A DNA stretch of 64,000 nucleotides from Octopus sinensis (Eukaryota): assembly GCF_006345805.1 (NCBI RefSeq), contig NC_043006.1, positions 71,920,001-71,984,000 on the forward strand. The letters are read 5' to 3'. Positions within the stretch are counted from its first letter, which is position 1; every line of letters begins with the position of its first letter. Shown here in pieces: positions 62,991 through 64,000 of this stretch. The notes under the pieces are model-generated. The model saw only the letters and a program-made list of their open reading frames with translations, made no database searches and was not told the origin of the DNA. A program made the position numbers and the translations under genes.

Positions 62991-64000
62991 CCCAAACCAA
63001 TAAAAATGCATGATAGACATGCAATACATACCCATCTCCTTGTCACCACCATCCCCTAATGGATGGAGTAGCAGTTTCATAACATTGCTAGTTAAATTGT
63101 TGTGGTTTTATGGTTTAGTCCAAGTAGGAAGGTCATCAGCCATAATCTTTTTTTTTCCCTTTTATTGACTCTGACGTTGCTAGGAGAACCACTCTGCTGG
63201 GTGGTTGATGTTAGGAAGGGCATCCAGCCATAGAGACCATGCCAAAACAGACACAGAAGTCTGGTGCAGGCTCCTGCTTGGCCAGCTCCTGTTAAACTGT
63301 CCAACCAATAATGATGATGAACCCATGCCAGCTTGGACAACAGATGTTGATGATGATGATGATGAGAGAGAGTTATCCCAAGACCAGAAAATGTTTGCAC
63401 TGGGGTAGACTCTGCTAAAGTTATTGAATGATCAGATGGTGATATCAAACATAGCGATGCATTAAATGAACTTCAAGTCAGCTCTGATGATACAAGCCTA
63501 TGAACTGAAACTATTCCAGCTGTGACCATCCCAGCTTTTATTCAATCATAGTATATCTAAGACTGTGTTATCCAATGTACCTTTCATTACTATTGTATAA
63601 TCTGCATTCAGGTTGATGGACTAAGTCTCTACAGTTGACACCAGGGGTGAACCCAAGGTGGGGGCCTGAGGTGCACATGCCCCCCTCAAGAAAAGAAGTG
63701 CACCCTTCTAAATAATGTTATTACACCCTTTTCTCCTGGAATTGTATTCCCTTCTGACCTTGTGCCCTCCCTTCAAAAAATTCCTAGGACCAGCCCTGTA
63801 CACAGTGCACTGCTAATCACAGAAAATGAACTCCCAATCTTTCAGTTGGTTGTCTGACATTCTATCAACTCAACCATCTGAAACTGCCATAGTCATGTGA
63901 TCCTACCAACATATGAGTTACAAAGGAGCTTCTTTATGATCACTCCACACTCTACTACCTTAAATGGGTAAGGGGATGTTAGGTGATAGGGGTGGTCAAG

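Overview
AT-rich, repeat-dense animal genomic DNA, most likely an octopus (inferred from the SINE and RTE repeat families and the intron sizes, not proven). It holds two divergently oriented, intron-rich genes, both truncated by the window edges. SMARCAL1/HARP is on the minus strand (9 coding exons, 19910 down to 804; RPA-binding helix, one HARP domain, SNF2 ATPase N-lobe). TRRAP/Tra1 is on the plus strand (16 coding exons, 39152-62100; N-terminal HEAT region). Almost all ORF-track entries are repeat-derived noise. Introns and the intergenic gap are filled with tRNA-derived SINEs, RTE/CR1/R4-Dong LINE fragments, Tc1/mariner/pogo/hAT/piggyBac remnants, a solo LTR and palindromic MITEs with internal telomeric repeats. 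The most notable signal is a set of minimal type-I hammerhead ribozyme folds: five near-complete (17707-17765, 36150-36267, 49866-49923, 50318-50363, 58261-58322) and about three decayed. They lie in short non-coding retro-like elements, one with a tRNA-like Pol III head, suggesting several non-autonomous Penelope/retrozyme-like families. All structures were read by eye; no searches or folding programs were run.
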